Shown here in pieces: positions 16,511 to 25,470 of a stretch of 64,000 bases of DNA. Origin of the DNA: a virus. The stretch is taken from positions 1-64,000 of the IMG/VR virus record IMGVR_UViG_3300046373_000196; one strand, given 5' to 3'. Both the position numbers and the translations under genes were made by a program. The notes beneath the pieces were generated by a model. It had not been told where the DNA came from, did no database searches, and saw only the letters and a program-made list of their open reading frames with translations. Numbering within the stretch: the first letter of the stretch is position 1; every line of letters starts with the position of its first letter.

Positions 16511-16775
16511 AGTAACCTATGAATGTGACTGTGGGGAAAATTGGGGAGATTGCGACAAAAGAAGTTTCTTTATTCTCCAATATAACAGGACTGTTGATAT
16601 CGGAACGCTTTTTCACAAGCATCATGCTGATGATGAAAATTCAAAAATGCAAGACTTAGGGGCATTTACCGATAAAGGACTTGCTGCGTTAGTAAAAGTG
16701 CTGACACAGTCGGATCCAGATGAAGAAACTAATGAAGCGGATGAAAAAGATATAAAAGAAGCAAGGGGTTATTAA
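16491..16775 (+). CDS. hypothetical acidic protein
   Basis: ORF track. Confidence 0.45.
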   Translation: MGLTNYKVTYECDCGENWGDCDKRSFFILQYNRTVDIGTLFHKHHADDENSKMQDLGAFTDKGLAALVKVLTQSDPDEETNEADEKDIKEARGY

Positions 16776-16785
16776 CCCCACAAAA

Positions 16786-16813
16786 AAAGACGAACTCAAT
16801 CAAGTTCGTCTTT
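16786..16813. terminator. bidirectional intrinsic terminator between convergent operons
   Basis: AAAGACGAACT-caatca-AGTTCGTCTTT, with an A-run upstream and a T-run downstream. Confidence 0.75.
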
Positions 16814-16841
16814 TCCAATTACAACCTAAACCCAAAAGTCT

Positions 16842-18320
16842 TTAAAGCGTTATCAATGTCGAATGAATCCCGGCACCTGAAACCACAGCGGTGTACACCT
16901 TGGAAGCGTCAAGCGGATGTTGTATCTCAATGGATTTACGGGTATTGTCAGCCCACGGGTTATAGTACATAATCGCCATTTTATTACCCAGGATACGGCA
17001 TCTTACAAAGCCGCGCTTTTCGTACCAGCAATCCACCAGATCAGCACCTACGGAAGATTTTTCAACCCAGTTTCCGCCATTGATCCGGTAACGCGCGTAG
17101 TAAGGTGTTCCGCTTGCCACCTGACCGGCTGTCTGATGCCAAAGTAAATTTCCATAGTAAGACAAATCACCGCCACCGGTTGACCACTGATTTCCGGCAT
17201 GTGGGAAATTTGGCTGTGCGCTGGTAGCTCCGTTAGGCCACCATTCGTCGCCTGGATTAAGATCAACTTTTTTATCCGGGTCCTGAAACGGGTAAACACC
17301 CCACTCAACAAAAACTTTTCCATATTCCTGCGCAAGAAAAGCCCATGCCATGTGATAAACCGGATCCAGTAAAGCTTTATCACTTTTATAGTAAATTCCG
17401 TCCGGATATGTTATTCCTTTTTTCCAGTTAGGGTTCCATTCGTGTGAACCAAATATGAAAACACCGGTATCTTTACCAAGTTTTTTCATCAGATCCATTT
17501 TAAACAGACCTCCTATAATATCCCCTAGTTCATCCGGGTTCGGCTTATAAACGGTGATAACAAACAGGTTGGTAGCACTTAACGTACCGCCTGGATGAAA
17601 CTGGGTGCGATCCCATGTGGAAGGATCCGTAGTGTACATGTTCGCATGTTCCGTCCTTGATCTTTGCCCTAAGGCCCAGGCTGAACCGCGATCAGGAACT
17701 GTACCAATACCCAGATATAAATAAGAATGACACACATAATAAGCCCGGCCATCAATAGCTTTCTGTGCTTCGTAGCGTTCTTTTAATCTTTCATAAAACC
17801 AGCCCCACATCGGGTAAGATTCAGGCATGTGATCTTCTCCTTCCGTGGTTTCTGCAATCCAGAGACTAGGCAAAGAACTTTCATTTGCTTTCTGGATTGC
17901 CTGAGCCTGATTGTAAGGGCCATTAGGCCACCACCGTTTCCAGTAACCTCCTTCGGTAATGTCCGGTCCGGTCGGGTTTAAACCAAATATCTCACGGGTA
18001 CGGGGAACGTTATTGTATTCCATGCCCGGATACTGCGCACGTACAGATGCATCCTGACCATCTCCGACGTGTCCGCGCGTCCAGTGCGTTACACCTTTGG
18101 CGAAAATCTGAGGAAGTGTCCAGCCTAATTTATTTTGATTTAATACAAAATAATGACCGCTAGGCATGGTCATATCCGGGGCAACGTCAGCCCATGTGGC
18201 AACTTGTTTGGTTAGGTCAGCATAAATAGGTATCTGACGTTTCCAGGTAATTGCAGTCTGCGCATGCACAAAGCCGGAAACAGCAAGCAGTGCAAATAAT
18301 AAACTTTTAAACTTTTTCAT
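16842..18320 (-). CDS. exported protein, possible polysaccharide-active enzyme (function unassigned)
   Basis: Internal Met at 18320 gives the signal peptide MKKFKSLLFALLAVSGFVHAQ and is preceded by a CACACAC leader. Third gene of the 20006->16842 operon. Confidence 0.55.
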   Translation of the reverse strand: MKKFKSLLFALLAVSGFVHAQTAITWKRQIPIYADLTKQVATWADVAPDMTMPSGHYFVLNQNKLGWTLPQIFAKGVTHWTRGHVGDGQDASVRAQYPGMEYNNVPRTREIFGLNPTGPDITEGGYWKRWWPNGPYNQAQAIQKANESSLPSLWIAETTEGEDHMPESYPMWGWFYERLKERYEAQKAIDGRAYYVCHSYLYLGIGTVPDRGSAWALGQRSRTEHANMYTTDPSTWDRTQFHPGGTLSATNLFVITVYKPNPDELGDIIGGLFKMDLMKKLGKDTGVFIFGSHEWNPNWKKGITYPDGIYYKSDKALLDPVYHMAWAFLAQEYGKVFVEWGVYPFQDPDKKVDLNPGDEWWPNGATSAQPNFPHAGNQWSTGGGDLSYYGNLLWHQTAGQVASGTPYYARYRINGGNWVEKSSVGADLVDCWYEKRGFVRCRILGNKMAIMYYNPWADNTRKSIEIQHPLDASKVYTAVVSGAGIHSTLITL

Positions 18321-18330
18321 CGTGTGTGTT

Positions 18331-19497
18331 TTATCTGAATATAAAGGTGGCGTAGGCTCCTGAGACGTTCCCTTGCATAAAAACTCCGGCAGCACAATCA
18401 TAATAGTATGTATTCTGGTTACAGTCTGCGATCCACTTGCCAAAGCTATCAAGGCCTATCTTACCCTGCATTTTAACAATACGGCCGGGGTTATTATTCT
18501 GGTAAGAGTAGTTGCTTAAAGGCGTGTTTCTTTTAATAATTTCACCGCCGATTACGTACGTCCACTCATAGCCAGAATTCAAAGGATAGGTTGCGATATC
18601 ATTAATGATCCAGTTCTTGGAACTGCCTGTAAATTGCAGGTTCATTATTGTAGTCTGTCCCTGATAAACAATCCTTGCCGTTACGTTGGGCTCTTCCGGG
18701 TCTGGATCAGGATCGACCGGTGTCGGATCGGTTGGGCCCGTGCTGGTTGTGACTGTAAAGGTCTTGTCTGACATCCCGGTACACAGCACACCGTAAAAGT
18801 GCAGGTTGTAGTTACCGTCAGGGATTCCCGGGTACGAAAGATTGACCGTTGATGATGTAGGCGTGATTTGCCCTGTTCTAAGCTTGATATTGGGCGTAGA
18901 AGCATTGGTTATCCACCATCCGATCTGCGTAACGCCGTTGCCGTGAAAAGTGGCTGTTAATCCGGTTTGTGTAGGGTTAACGATGGTGAGTATTGTTGGC
19001 CCTGCACTGCAATTCGGCAAGGGCTGCGTAGGATCTACCGGATCTGTGGGATCGGTAGGATCGGTCGGGTCTGGATTATCACCGCCACCAAGATTGTAAT
19101 TAAACCCTACATAGCACGTTGGACGCGCGGTTGGCCTGATGGTGATACGCACACTGTCAAGTTGTGGTACGCCTTCAATCCGCATGGTTTCACCCGTTTG
19201 ATAAGGGACTGCATTCCAAAACCACGATTTATCGTTCTTGACAATCCGGATCGAGTAGTTATTTAGTCCCTGAATCGAAGAACTCAGACCAAGTTCAATT
19301 GCTGAACCGTCCTGCACGATCGAGCTTATCTTTAAATCACAGTCAGAAATGTTATACTTCTCTAACTGATCGAAAAGATAATTCTGTACCCATTCTTCGG
19401 TCGCTACATTGCCTGATGCAGGATACGTGATAACAGACTGGGAAAATCCTGGAAGAGCCGCTACAAGTAGTAGCAGATTTAGAAAGTACTTTCTCAT
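18331..19497 (-). CDS. exported protein with fibre-like N-motif, PTDP linkers and Cys-bounded Ig-like module
   Basis: Met at 19497 gives MRKYFLNLLLLVAALPGFSQS. ATEEWVQNYL motif, DPTDPTDPTDPVDPT linker, and NCSAGPTILTI...YPGIPDGNYNLHFYGVLCTG module. ATGA overlap with the upstream gene. Confidence 0.6.
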   Translation of the reverse strand: MRKYFLNLLLLVAALPGFSQSVITYPASGNVATEEWVQNYLFDQLEKYNISDCDLKISSIVQDGSAIELGLSSSIQGLNNYSIRIVKNDKSWFWNAVPYQTGETMRIEGVPQLDSVRITIRPTARPTCYVGFNYNLGGGDNPDPTDPTDPTDPVDPTQPLPNCSAGPTILTIVNPTQTGLTATFHGNGVTQIGWWITNASTPNIKLRTGQITPTSSTVNLSYPGIPDGNYNLHFYGVLCTGMSDKTFTVTTSTGPTDPTPVDPDPDPEEPNVTARIVYQGQTTIMNLQFTGSSKNWIINDIATYPLNSGYEWTYVIGGEIIKRNTPLSNYSYQNNNPGRIVKMQGKIGLDSFGKWIADCNQNTYYYDCAAGVFMQGNVSGAYATFIFR

Positions 19498-20006
19498 TTC
19501 TTCCTTACGATAAAGTCCTCTGAATCTCTTCCGGTGCACGTGTTCGCAATTAGTGTTAGATGATAGGCTCCATCAGGCAGATTCGGATAGCCAAGTCTGA
19601 TCGTGTTGGAGGTAGGCGTTACCGATCCTTTGGTGATCGTTTCGTAGACCGGCCCAAGAAGCAGGTAATCCATCCCTTTCACATTCAAACCGTCAAACAC
19701 CACTGAAATCCCGATGGATGCATCATACGTCACTTTTGTGATCGTTGGCCCTCTGTCACAATTCGGGAGCGTTACAACCGGAGTTGTCGGAATCGTCGGG
19801 ATAGAAGGATTGGTCGGGATAATAACCGGTGGGATGTTGATTACAACGCCGGACTGCGCTTTTGCCAGTGAATCAAATTTGGCCTTGATGCGCTTTTCCA
19901 CATACTCTTCCGAGGCGATCTTTCCGGGTGGAAATGTGAGCGTAGTCTGAGCCAGTACCCCGTCATACAACAGCAGCCCAAATAAAATAAATAGTAAGTT
20001 CTTCAT
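19494..20006 (-). CDS. exported protein with fibre-like N-motif and Cys-bounded Ig-like module
   Basis: Signal peptide MKNLLFILFGLLLYDGVLAQ. ASEEYVEKRI motif, Pro-rich linker, and NCDRGPTITKV...YPNLPDGAYHLTLIANTCTG module. Confidence 0.6.
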   Translation of the reverse strand: MKNLLFILFGLLLYDGVLAQTTLTFPPGKIASEEYVEKRIKAKFDSLAKAQSGVVINIPPVIIPTNPSIPTIPTTPVVTLPNCDRGPTITKVTYDASIGISVVFDGLNVKGMDYLLLGPVYETITKGSVTPTSNTIRLGYPNLPDGAYHLTLIANTCTGRDSEDFIVRKK

Positions 20007-20101
20007 TGCCTGTACGTGTGTGTGTGATTGCTGCTCTATTACTGATCTTCAATCAATTGAATACGAGCATAGAGCATACAGACAAAGATAATTATTTTCG
20101 T

Positions 20102-20130
20102 AAATAAATATCGTAGATAGATATTTTTAT
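20102..20130. promoter_or_regulatory. 29-bp dyad promoter/operator element, copy 3 (bidirectional)
   Basis: AAATAAATATC-gtagata-GATATTTTTAT. -7 boxes TAGCTTTG at 20145-20152 (+) and TATCTTTG (rc of 20083-20090, -). Confidence 0.7.
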
Positions 20131-20161
20131 TGTTAGGAAATTAGTAGCTTTGGGGTGTACT

Positions 20162-20253
20162 AAATGGTATTTCTTTTGTGATAGGAAGTGATACCATTCT
20201 CTGGAATGGAACTTCCATCAGACCCCAAACTTGTCTATCACCTTGTTTGGGGT
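20162..20253 (+). promoter_or_regulatory. structured 5' leader: hairpins plus terminator-like hairpin with complementary loop sequences
   Basis: Hairpin AATGGTAT/ATACCATT (20163-20198) carries GTGATAG (20178-20184) in its loop. A small hairpin TGGAA/TTCCA follows. Hairpin ACCCCAAAC/GTTTGGGGT (20222-20253) carries CTATCAC (20235-20241) in its loop, followed by a U-rich tract. The ATG is at 20270. Confidence 0.6.
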
Positions 20254-20269
20254 TCTTCGTTTATTTATC

Positions 20270-20959
20270 ATGCACGATCCAAGAACACTAGCTTTCAGTA
20301 TAAAAAGTCCTTTTAAATCAAAGTCAGGCTATCAACCTTCATTAATTGATATATGGCACGTTGATCCGGATAAAGGGTATGATGATGACAGTTGTGGTTG
20401 GTTTATTCGTGAGCGTCACATGAATAAAAAGAATCTTGAATTTATCCGAAGAGATTTTGAGTATTCATACAAAGAGTGGTATTATGAATCAAATGGATTA
20501 GGTCGGTTTTCTCCCCATGCTATCGCTATAATGATGTACAATCGTGCTGTGTGGGAATTAGCAGATGGTAATACGGATTTTAAATCAAAAACGCGAGAAG
20601 TATTTATGAGAAAGTATTTGTATGATATACTTTATTTCTCAGAAAATAGTACAGATTCTATTTGCCGAACACTTACCAGTGCAACCAAAGGAGAAGTTGT
20701 TGATTTGGCTGGTATAATTGCCGCGGATGTAGCTAGAAAATTACGCCCTTGGTACAAGCACCCACGCTGGCATATTCATCACTGGGAAATTCGATTTAAT
20801 TTCTATTATGATTTTTATCGTGGTTACATTCAAAAATGCGACAATTGCGGGAAAAGGGGATGGAAAGGTGGATGGTTTAGGACTTACAAGAATGGAAAAC
20901 CATTGCTTTCATGCGGAAGGTGTCAGGAAATTGGATGTAAGTCAACGGTAAATTCTTAA
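20270..20959 (+). CDS. hypothetical protein with C-terminal Cys-rich (zinc-ribbon-like) tail
   Basis: ATG at 20270 (MHDPRTLAF...). HPRWHIHHW motif. CDNCGKRGW...CGRCQEIGC. Confidence 0.5.
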   Translation: MHDPRTLAFSIKSPFKSKSGYQPSLIDIWHVDPDKGYDDDSCGWFIRERHMNKKNLEFIRRDFEYSYKEWYYESNGLGRFSPHAIAIMMYNRAVWELADGNTDFKSKTREVFMRKYLYDILYFSENSTDSICRTLTSATKGEVVDLAGIIAADVARKLRPWYKHPRWHIHHWEIRFNFYYDFYRGYIQKCDNCGKRGWKGGWFRTYKNGKPLLSCGRCQEIGCKSTVNS

Positions 20960-21070
20960 ATATCATGACACCCCTCACCAAAACCCAAAAGTGGGCACTA
21001 TTCCTTTTAAGCATCCGAAAAGGGTCTTATGTGGTTCAGGATATTCAATAAAACAAATTACACTTCATCA

Positions 21071-21460
21071 ATGGAGAGACTAACAATTGAAGAGGAATCT
21101 TTCAGGGAAGGATTCGATAAGTGGCATTTGCGCGGCTTCAACTTTCACATAGCAATTCACAAAATATGGAAACCTGACTTTGGATTGGTTCACGATCATC
21201 CAACAGAAATCTTGACCACAATTTTAGAAGGCAGTTATTGGGAGCGTGTTTATACAGTCAATGAAGATTGCACTTGGTCTTTTGAAGATTTTCATAGAAA
21301 GAGAGGTGAAACCAGACTGATAGAAGCAACCACTATCCATGAGATTCTTTCCTTGCCCGATGGTGATTGTTACACGTTGATTCTGCCAGGTCCAATTGTT
21401 AGGCCGGATTGGGGTTTCTGGGATTTCAGTAGGGAGAAAGCGGAGTTTATTAAACGTTAA
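21071..21460 (+). CDS. hypothetical protein
   Basis: ATG at 21071 (MERLTIEE...). The HDHP motif is weakly cupin-like. No assignment made. Confidence 0.45.
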   Translation: MERLTIEEESFREGFDKWHLRGFNFHIAIHKIWKPDFGLVHDHPTEILTTILEGSYWERVYTVNEDCTWSFEDFHRKRGETRLIEATTIHEILSLPDGDCYTLILPGPIVRPDWGFWDFSREKAEFIKR

Positions 21461-21469
21461 TATATTATC

Positions 21470-21742
21470 ATGGAAATTACAAAACAGGAAATTGAATGGA
21501 TAAGCAAGTTGGATTTCACGATAAAATACATGGATCCAAAGATTAAATTATGGTTACTTAAAGCCAATCGACAGGCTGTTAAAGGTAAGTTAAATTATTT
21601 TCAGAGAAATTTTATTATTCCTGATCCATACGATCCTGAGTTATTTGGTTTTATCAAAAAAGAAATGATAAAAAGCATCAAGAAAATTAAGTCGTTGACG
21701 CGGCAAATAAGGAAGGTTAAGGCAAAAGGCGGCTTAAAATAG
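21470..21742 (+). CDS. hypothetical basic protein
   Basis: ORF track. Confidence 0.45.
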   Translation: MEITKQEIEWISKLDFTIKYMDPKIKLWLLKANRQAVKGKLNYFQRNFIIPDPYDPELFGFIKKEMIKSIKKIKSLTRQIRKVKAKGGLK

Positions 21743-21770
21743 CTCACATAATACACATCCATTTCCCCCT

Positions 21771-21801
21771 AAAACCACTACCAACCAGTAGTGGTTTTTT
21801 T
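21771..21801 (+). terminator. intrinsic terminator
   Basis: AAAACCACTA-ccaaccag-TAGTGGTTTTTTT. Confidence 0.8.
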
Positions 21802-21819
21802 ATTTGCAATTTATTTACA

Positions 21820-21848
21820 AAATAAATATCATAATACAATATTTATTT
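21820..21848. promoter_or_regulatory. 29-bp dyad promoter/operator element, copy 4 (head-tail operon)
   Basis: AAATAAATATC-ataatac-AATATTTATTT. -7 box TACATTTG at 21862-21869 (+). Confidence 0.7.
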
Positions 21849-21948
21849 GATTTTTTAATTATACATTTGTTGTGTATGATAAAAGCCAAGTTTTCATTCG
21901 ATTGAACCCTTGGAACGACAGAATACTACACACACACTTAATTATTTC

Positions 21949-22617
21949 ATGAAAGAGAAAATTTTAATCGCTCTTAAAACCAAGTATAAAAACTTGGGGT
22001 TTGGCGACAAAGCTTTTGATGGGGTTGCCGCTTTCCTCGCAACAACTATTACAGAAGAAGAAAACATTGAAACCGGCATCGCTGGGGTCGAAGGATTATT
22101 CAAAGGGTTTCAAGGTGATGTGGATAAAAGAGTTACTGACGCAGTGTCAAAAACGAAATTAGAAGCCGCTACGAACACTAAGAAAGAATCTACTACAAAA
22201 TCCGGGGGCGACGAACCCGACACTACCAAAAAAGACGAAGACGGAATACCTGCATGGGCGCAATCCTTATTGGATGCGAACAAAGCGTTAAGCGGTGAAA
22301 TAGCTACCCTTAAATCTGGTAAGACGGCGGAGTCAAGAAAAGCAATCCTTGAAACAAAACTGAAAGACGCTCAACCAAAATTCAAAGAGAAAATTCTTAA
22401 AGATTTCTCTCGGATGCAGTTTGAAAAAGATGAAGATTTTGATGCGTATGTGACTGAAACAGAAACAGACCTTTCAGAGTTTACACAGTCTTTAAGTGAT
22501 CAGGGACTTGGAAGCCAAAAGCCGCCTACAATTGCAGGTGGCAACCTAACCAAAACTGCTTTAGAAGCAGATATTAAAGGTTGGGCAGCTGCTACCGAGC
22601 CAGCGAAAGCGGTGTAA
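21949..22617 (+). CDS. scaffolding-like protein
   Basis: ATG at 21949, preceded by CACACACAC. Acidic and helical (KDAQPKFKEKILKDFSRMQFEKDEDFDAY). Lies just upstream of the capsid genes. Confidence 0.5.
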   Translation: MKEKILIALKTKYKNLGFGDKAFDGVAAFLATTITEEENIETGIAGVEGLFKGFQGDVDKRVTDAVSKTKLEAATNTKKESTTKSGGDEPDTTKKDEDGIPAWAQSLLDANKALSGEIATLKSGKTAESRKAILETKLKDAQPKFKEKILKDFSRMQFEKDEDFDAYVTETETDLSEFTQSLSDQGLGSQKPPTIAGGNLTKTALEADIKGWAAATEPAKAV

Positions 22618-22653
22618 GTAAGCATTTAACACACACACTTAATTTCTTGACAA

Positions 22654-23247
22654 ATGGGAATGAATTTCACCAAGAAGGTCGCCCTTTATGGAGTGGTGAT
22701 CTGGCAGAAAGTAATCGAGACTGCCCAGGGTGGATTTGCATTGGATGTTACAGGTTTAACCTTAGGAGACACTCTGAAAGGCGGAACACTGATTTCATTT
22801 GACGAATCAACCCGAATCGCCAAGGTTGTTAAAACTGCTACGGTTCAGGCCAATGCAGCAAACAATGCGGTAAACATCCGCGTAGCAAAAGGCCACCAGT
22901 TCAAAATTGGCGATTATGTTGCCCGTTCTATTGGCGGTGCTGCATATGCTATCACTGCAATTTCAACGACTGATCCTGTATACGATCAGATCACAATCGG
23001 AACCACACTTGGCGTTGCTCTTACTGCCGGTGATGCGCTATTTATTTCAAGTGCTACAGGTGCTTCAAATGCTGCCGTAACACTGGTTCACGGTCAGACA
23101 GGACTTTCTTACGAGGACTACGAAATCACTACGAGTACTGACATAGCTGTTGTGCTACGTGGGCGCGTATACGCCAGACGTATTCCGTCAATTACAGACG
23201 ATTTGAAAGCGAAGGTTAATTCGATCTTCTTCTCTCAATCATACTAA
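22654..23247 (+). CDS. capsid-associated protein (possible decoration protein)
   Basis: Ala/Thr/Gly-rich beta-type sequence. It lies immediately before the major capsid gene, as gpD precedes gpE in lambda-like heads. The call rests on position only. Confidence 0.35.
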   Translation: MGMNFTKKVALYGVVIWQKVIETAQGGFALDVTGLTLGDTLKGGTLISFDESTRIAKVVKTATVQANAANNAVNIRVAKGHQFKIGDYVARSIGGAAYAITAISTTDPVYDQITIGTTLGVALTAGDALFISSATGASNAAVTLVHGQTGLSYEDYEITTSTDIAVVLRGRVYARRIPSITDDLKAKVNSIFFSQSY

Positions 23248-23273
23248 TCACACACTGAAACACACACACTAAT

Positions 23274-24371
23274 ATGAGCAAGTTCAAATCCATTTTTGGA
23301 GAATATGCTTCAAACCTTCAGTTGGTGATCGACAGCAAATTAAACAGCTTCGCTCCAACCTGGTATCCGAAGTATTTCGGATGGTCGCCAACTCAGCAAT
23401 CTTTAACGTTCCAGTCAGCAATTGGCCGCGCACGTATAGAGGCTATGGCATCCATCGTTAACCGCGATTCTACCACTCCGCTTCGTAGCCGTCAAGGTCT
23501 TGAAAAATTGTCTGGTGAAATTCCGGCAATTAAGGAGATGTTTAAAATGCAGGAAAGCGACTATCGCGAATTCCTGTCATTGCAAAACATGCCTGTAGAT
23601 GACAACACCAAGAGAATTCAACTTTTAGATTTCCTTTTCGGGGATGTTAAAAAAGTAGGTGATGCAGCCCATAAACGTCTTGATGCAATGGCATTGGAGG
23701 CAATCTCTACGGGTTTTATCACGGTAACAGTAGGCAATAACCCTGATGGTTTGGTGCTTACTTCGGCTGTCCCTCTTGGGATGCCACCTGAAAACTTCGT
23801 ACAAAGTCCTTTTACCTGGGCAAACCCAACAACGGCTACTCCAATTTCAGATATTGAAACTGTAAATCAGTTGGCGTTTGAAAAAGGCATTGGACTTGAA
23901 AAAGTTCTTATGTCCATGGCGTTGTTCCGCAAGTTCAAGAAAGCAAAAGAAGTACTGGACACGCTGCAAGCTTTCTATTACAGCTCGAAGCCAGGCGGAT
24001 CTTTCAATCCTGTTGCGATCACAGCACTGGATAAAGTGAACGAAGCATTGCAGGCGCAGGGACTTCCTTACATCGAAATCGTAAACGAAGCGACTGGTAT
24101 TGAAAAAGATGGTTCAATTACTGTATTCCGCGCATTCAACGAAAACAACGCAGTATTTGTACCAGGCGGTCAGCTTGGAACGATCAAAAACGCTCTTGCA
24201 ATTGAACAATTCCGCCCTGTTACGCAGGTAGGTTATGGTAATTACAACCGCGCTGTGATTTCTAAATGGTCTGAAAACGAACCTTTTGGAGAGTGGACTA
24301 AGGTTGAGCTTAATGCTTTTCCTGCAGTTGAAGCGATTGATAGCATGTACATCCTGACAGCTTCATTCTGA
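23274..24371 (+). CDS. major capsid protein (gpE-like by size, position and pattern)
   Basis: 365 aa, strong CACACAC leader, lies between the scaffold and head-tail connector genes. Confidence 0.65.
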   Translation: MSKFKSIFGEYASNLQLVIDSKLNSFAPTWYPKYFGWSPTQQSLTFQSAIGRARIEAMASIVNRDSTTPLRSRQGLEKLSGEIPAIKEMFKMQESDYREFLSLQNMPVDDNTKRIQLLDFLFGDVKKVGDAAHKRLDAMALEAISTGFITVTVGNNPDGLVLTSAVPLGMPPENFVQSPFTWANPTTATPISDIETVNQLAFEKGIGLEKVLMSMALFRKFKKAKEVLDTLQAFYYSSKPGGSFNPVAITALDKVNEALQAQGLPYIEIVNEATGIEKDGSITVFRAFNENNAVFVPGGQLGTIKNALAIEQFRPVTQVGYGNYNRAVISKWSENEPFGEWTKVELNAFPAVEAIDSMYILTASF

Positions 24372-24380
24372 TAAGATATC

Positions 24381-24710
24381 ATGGCAACAATTCAGGATTT
24401 TGTAGTAGCGAAGCTGGAACGATACAATATCGAACTAACACCGGTGGAATTGGAAGTGATGTTAACTGACGCAAATCTTGTGGCAACCGACACCTATACT
24501 TCCGGGCACCTGGTGCAAATAAAGACAGCTTTCGTCTCTATAATCCCTGAATTGTTGCTAAGACCTGATATCACAGAAGGCGGTTACTCTGAAAAGTACG
24601 ACAAAGCAGCGATCAGGACTTTCTATTCAATGCTTTGCCGGGAAATCGGAGTGCCTGATGTATTCGAGGTTGGTCAGCCCGAGATCCGAAACGCTTCCAA
24701 TCTCTGGTAA
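24381..24710 (+). CDS. head-tail connector/adaptor protein
   Basis: Size and position directly after the major capsid gene. Confidence 0.45.
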   Translation: MATIQDFVVAKLERYNIELTPVELEVMLTDANLVATDTYTSGHLVQIKTAFVSIIPELLLRPDITEGGYSEKYDKAAIRTFYSMLCREIGVPDVFEVGQPEIRNASNLW

Positions 24711-24712
24711 TC

Positions 24713-25036
24713 ATGGTAAGACAATATCCCTACGAGCTGTATCTTTTCACTGCCGGTGGTGGTGGACAGGATGTAAACGGGAACTTCATTCCGCAGACCA
24801 ATAGCGAGTGGGTAAAACTTGGCATGTGCCGCGATGAAGTCAACTCGAAAGGCTCACAGGTGATGGTCGCTGATGGAACATCCTACGTCTTTGATTCGCT
24901 TATTCAGTGCCCTAAAAGTATCAGGAATGTTCATGTGGGCGCAAAGGTGCAGGTCAGGTCAGGTAGTGAAGTCAGGGTTGAAGGAACGGTTAGCCGGTTT
25001 GATCCGTCGCAAATGCACTCACGGATATGGGTTTAA
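24713..25036 (+). CDS. head closure / head-tail adaptor protein
   Basis: Size and position. Beta-rich pattern resembling head-tail adaptor proteins. Confidence 0.45.
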   Translation: MVRQYPYELYLFTAGGGGQDVNGNFIPQTNSEWVKLGMCRDEVNSKGSQVMVADGTSYVFDSLIQCPKSIRNVHVGAKVQVRSGSEVRVEGTVSRFDPSQMHSRIWV

Positions 25037-25470
25037 CTCCAAATTTTACTGCTGAATCTTTCCGAAAGGAGTTGGAAAAGCGTGCTGCCAACATCGAACG
25101 CGCGATCATCCTGCAACTTCAGGCGCTAGGCGAAGAGCTTGTAAACCATGCCCGGACACTTAACACATACAAAGACCAGACTGGAAACCTTCGGGCTTCT
25201 ATCGGGTATGTGCTGATCGTAAACGGCGTGGTATTCAATCACAACTTCGTGACCACCAAAGCAGGTGCATCAACTGGAAGGCAGCTAGCTGATGAACTGG
25301 CATCCAAGGCAAAGAAAGGCTTCGCTTTGATTGTAGTGGCCGGAATGGATTACGCGGGTGCTGTGGAATCAAAAGGATACGATGTGCTGGCTTCGGCTGA
25401 AATGCTTGCATCAAGCGAGTTCCCAAAGCTGAAAGCCAAAATGATGTCCAAAATCCAAAACATGAAATGA
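25027..25470 (+). CDS. HK97 gp10-like tail component
   Basis: The KDQTGNLRASIGY motif (TG.LR.SI) is typical of the HK97 gp10 family. Confidence 0.55.
   Translation: MGLTPNFTAESFRKELEKRAANIERAIILQLQALGEELVNHARTLNTYKDQTGNLRASIGYVLIVNGVVFNHNFVTTKAGASTGRQLADELASKAKKGFALIVVAGMDYAGAVESKGYDVLASAEMLASSEFPKLKAKMMSKIQNMK

Noticed and set aside
19030-19080. Short tandem DNA repeat (ggatcggt-type units), considered as a CRISPR-like array or VNTR
   Set aside because: It is the coding sequence of the DPTDPTDPTDPVDPT linker in 18331..19497. There is no spacer/repeat organisation and no cas genes. No CRISPR array exists anywhere in the window.
20034-20076. Long imperfect hairpin (GCTCTAT...ATAGAGC with inner TTCAAT/ATTGAA) in the leader of the 20006 operon, considered as a fourth member of the kissing-loop leader family
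   Set aside because: It is a single hairpin with no U-tract and no second hairpin with a complementary loop. The architecture differs.
20149-20156. TTTGGGGT segment as an antiterminator partner of ACCCCAAA (20222-20229) in the 20270 leader
   Set aside because: It overlaps the predicted -7 box (20145-20152) and lies upstream of the predicted transcription start. It is therefore probably not in the RNA. The loop-loop complementarity is the better-supported feature.
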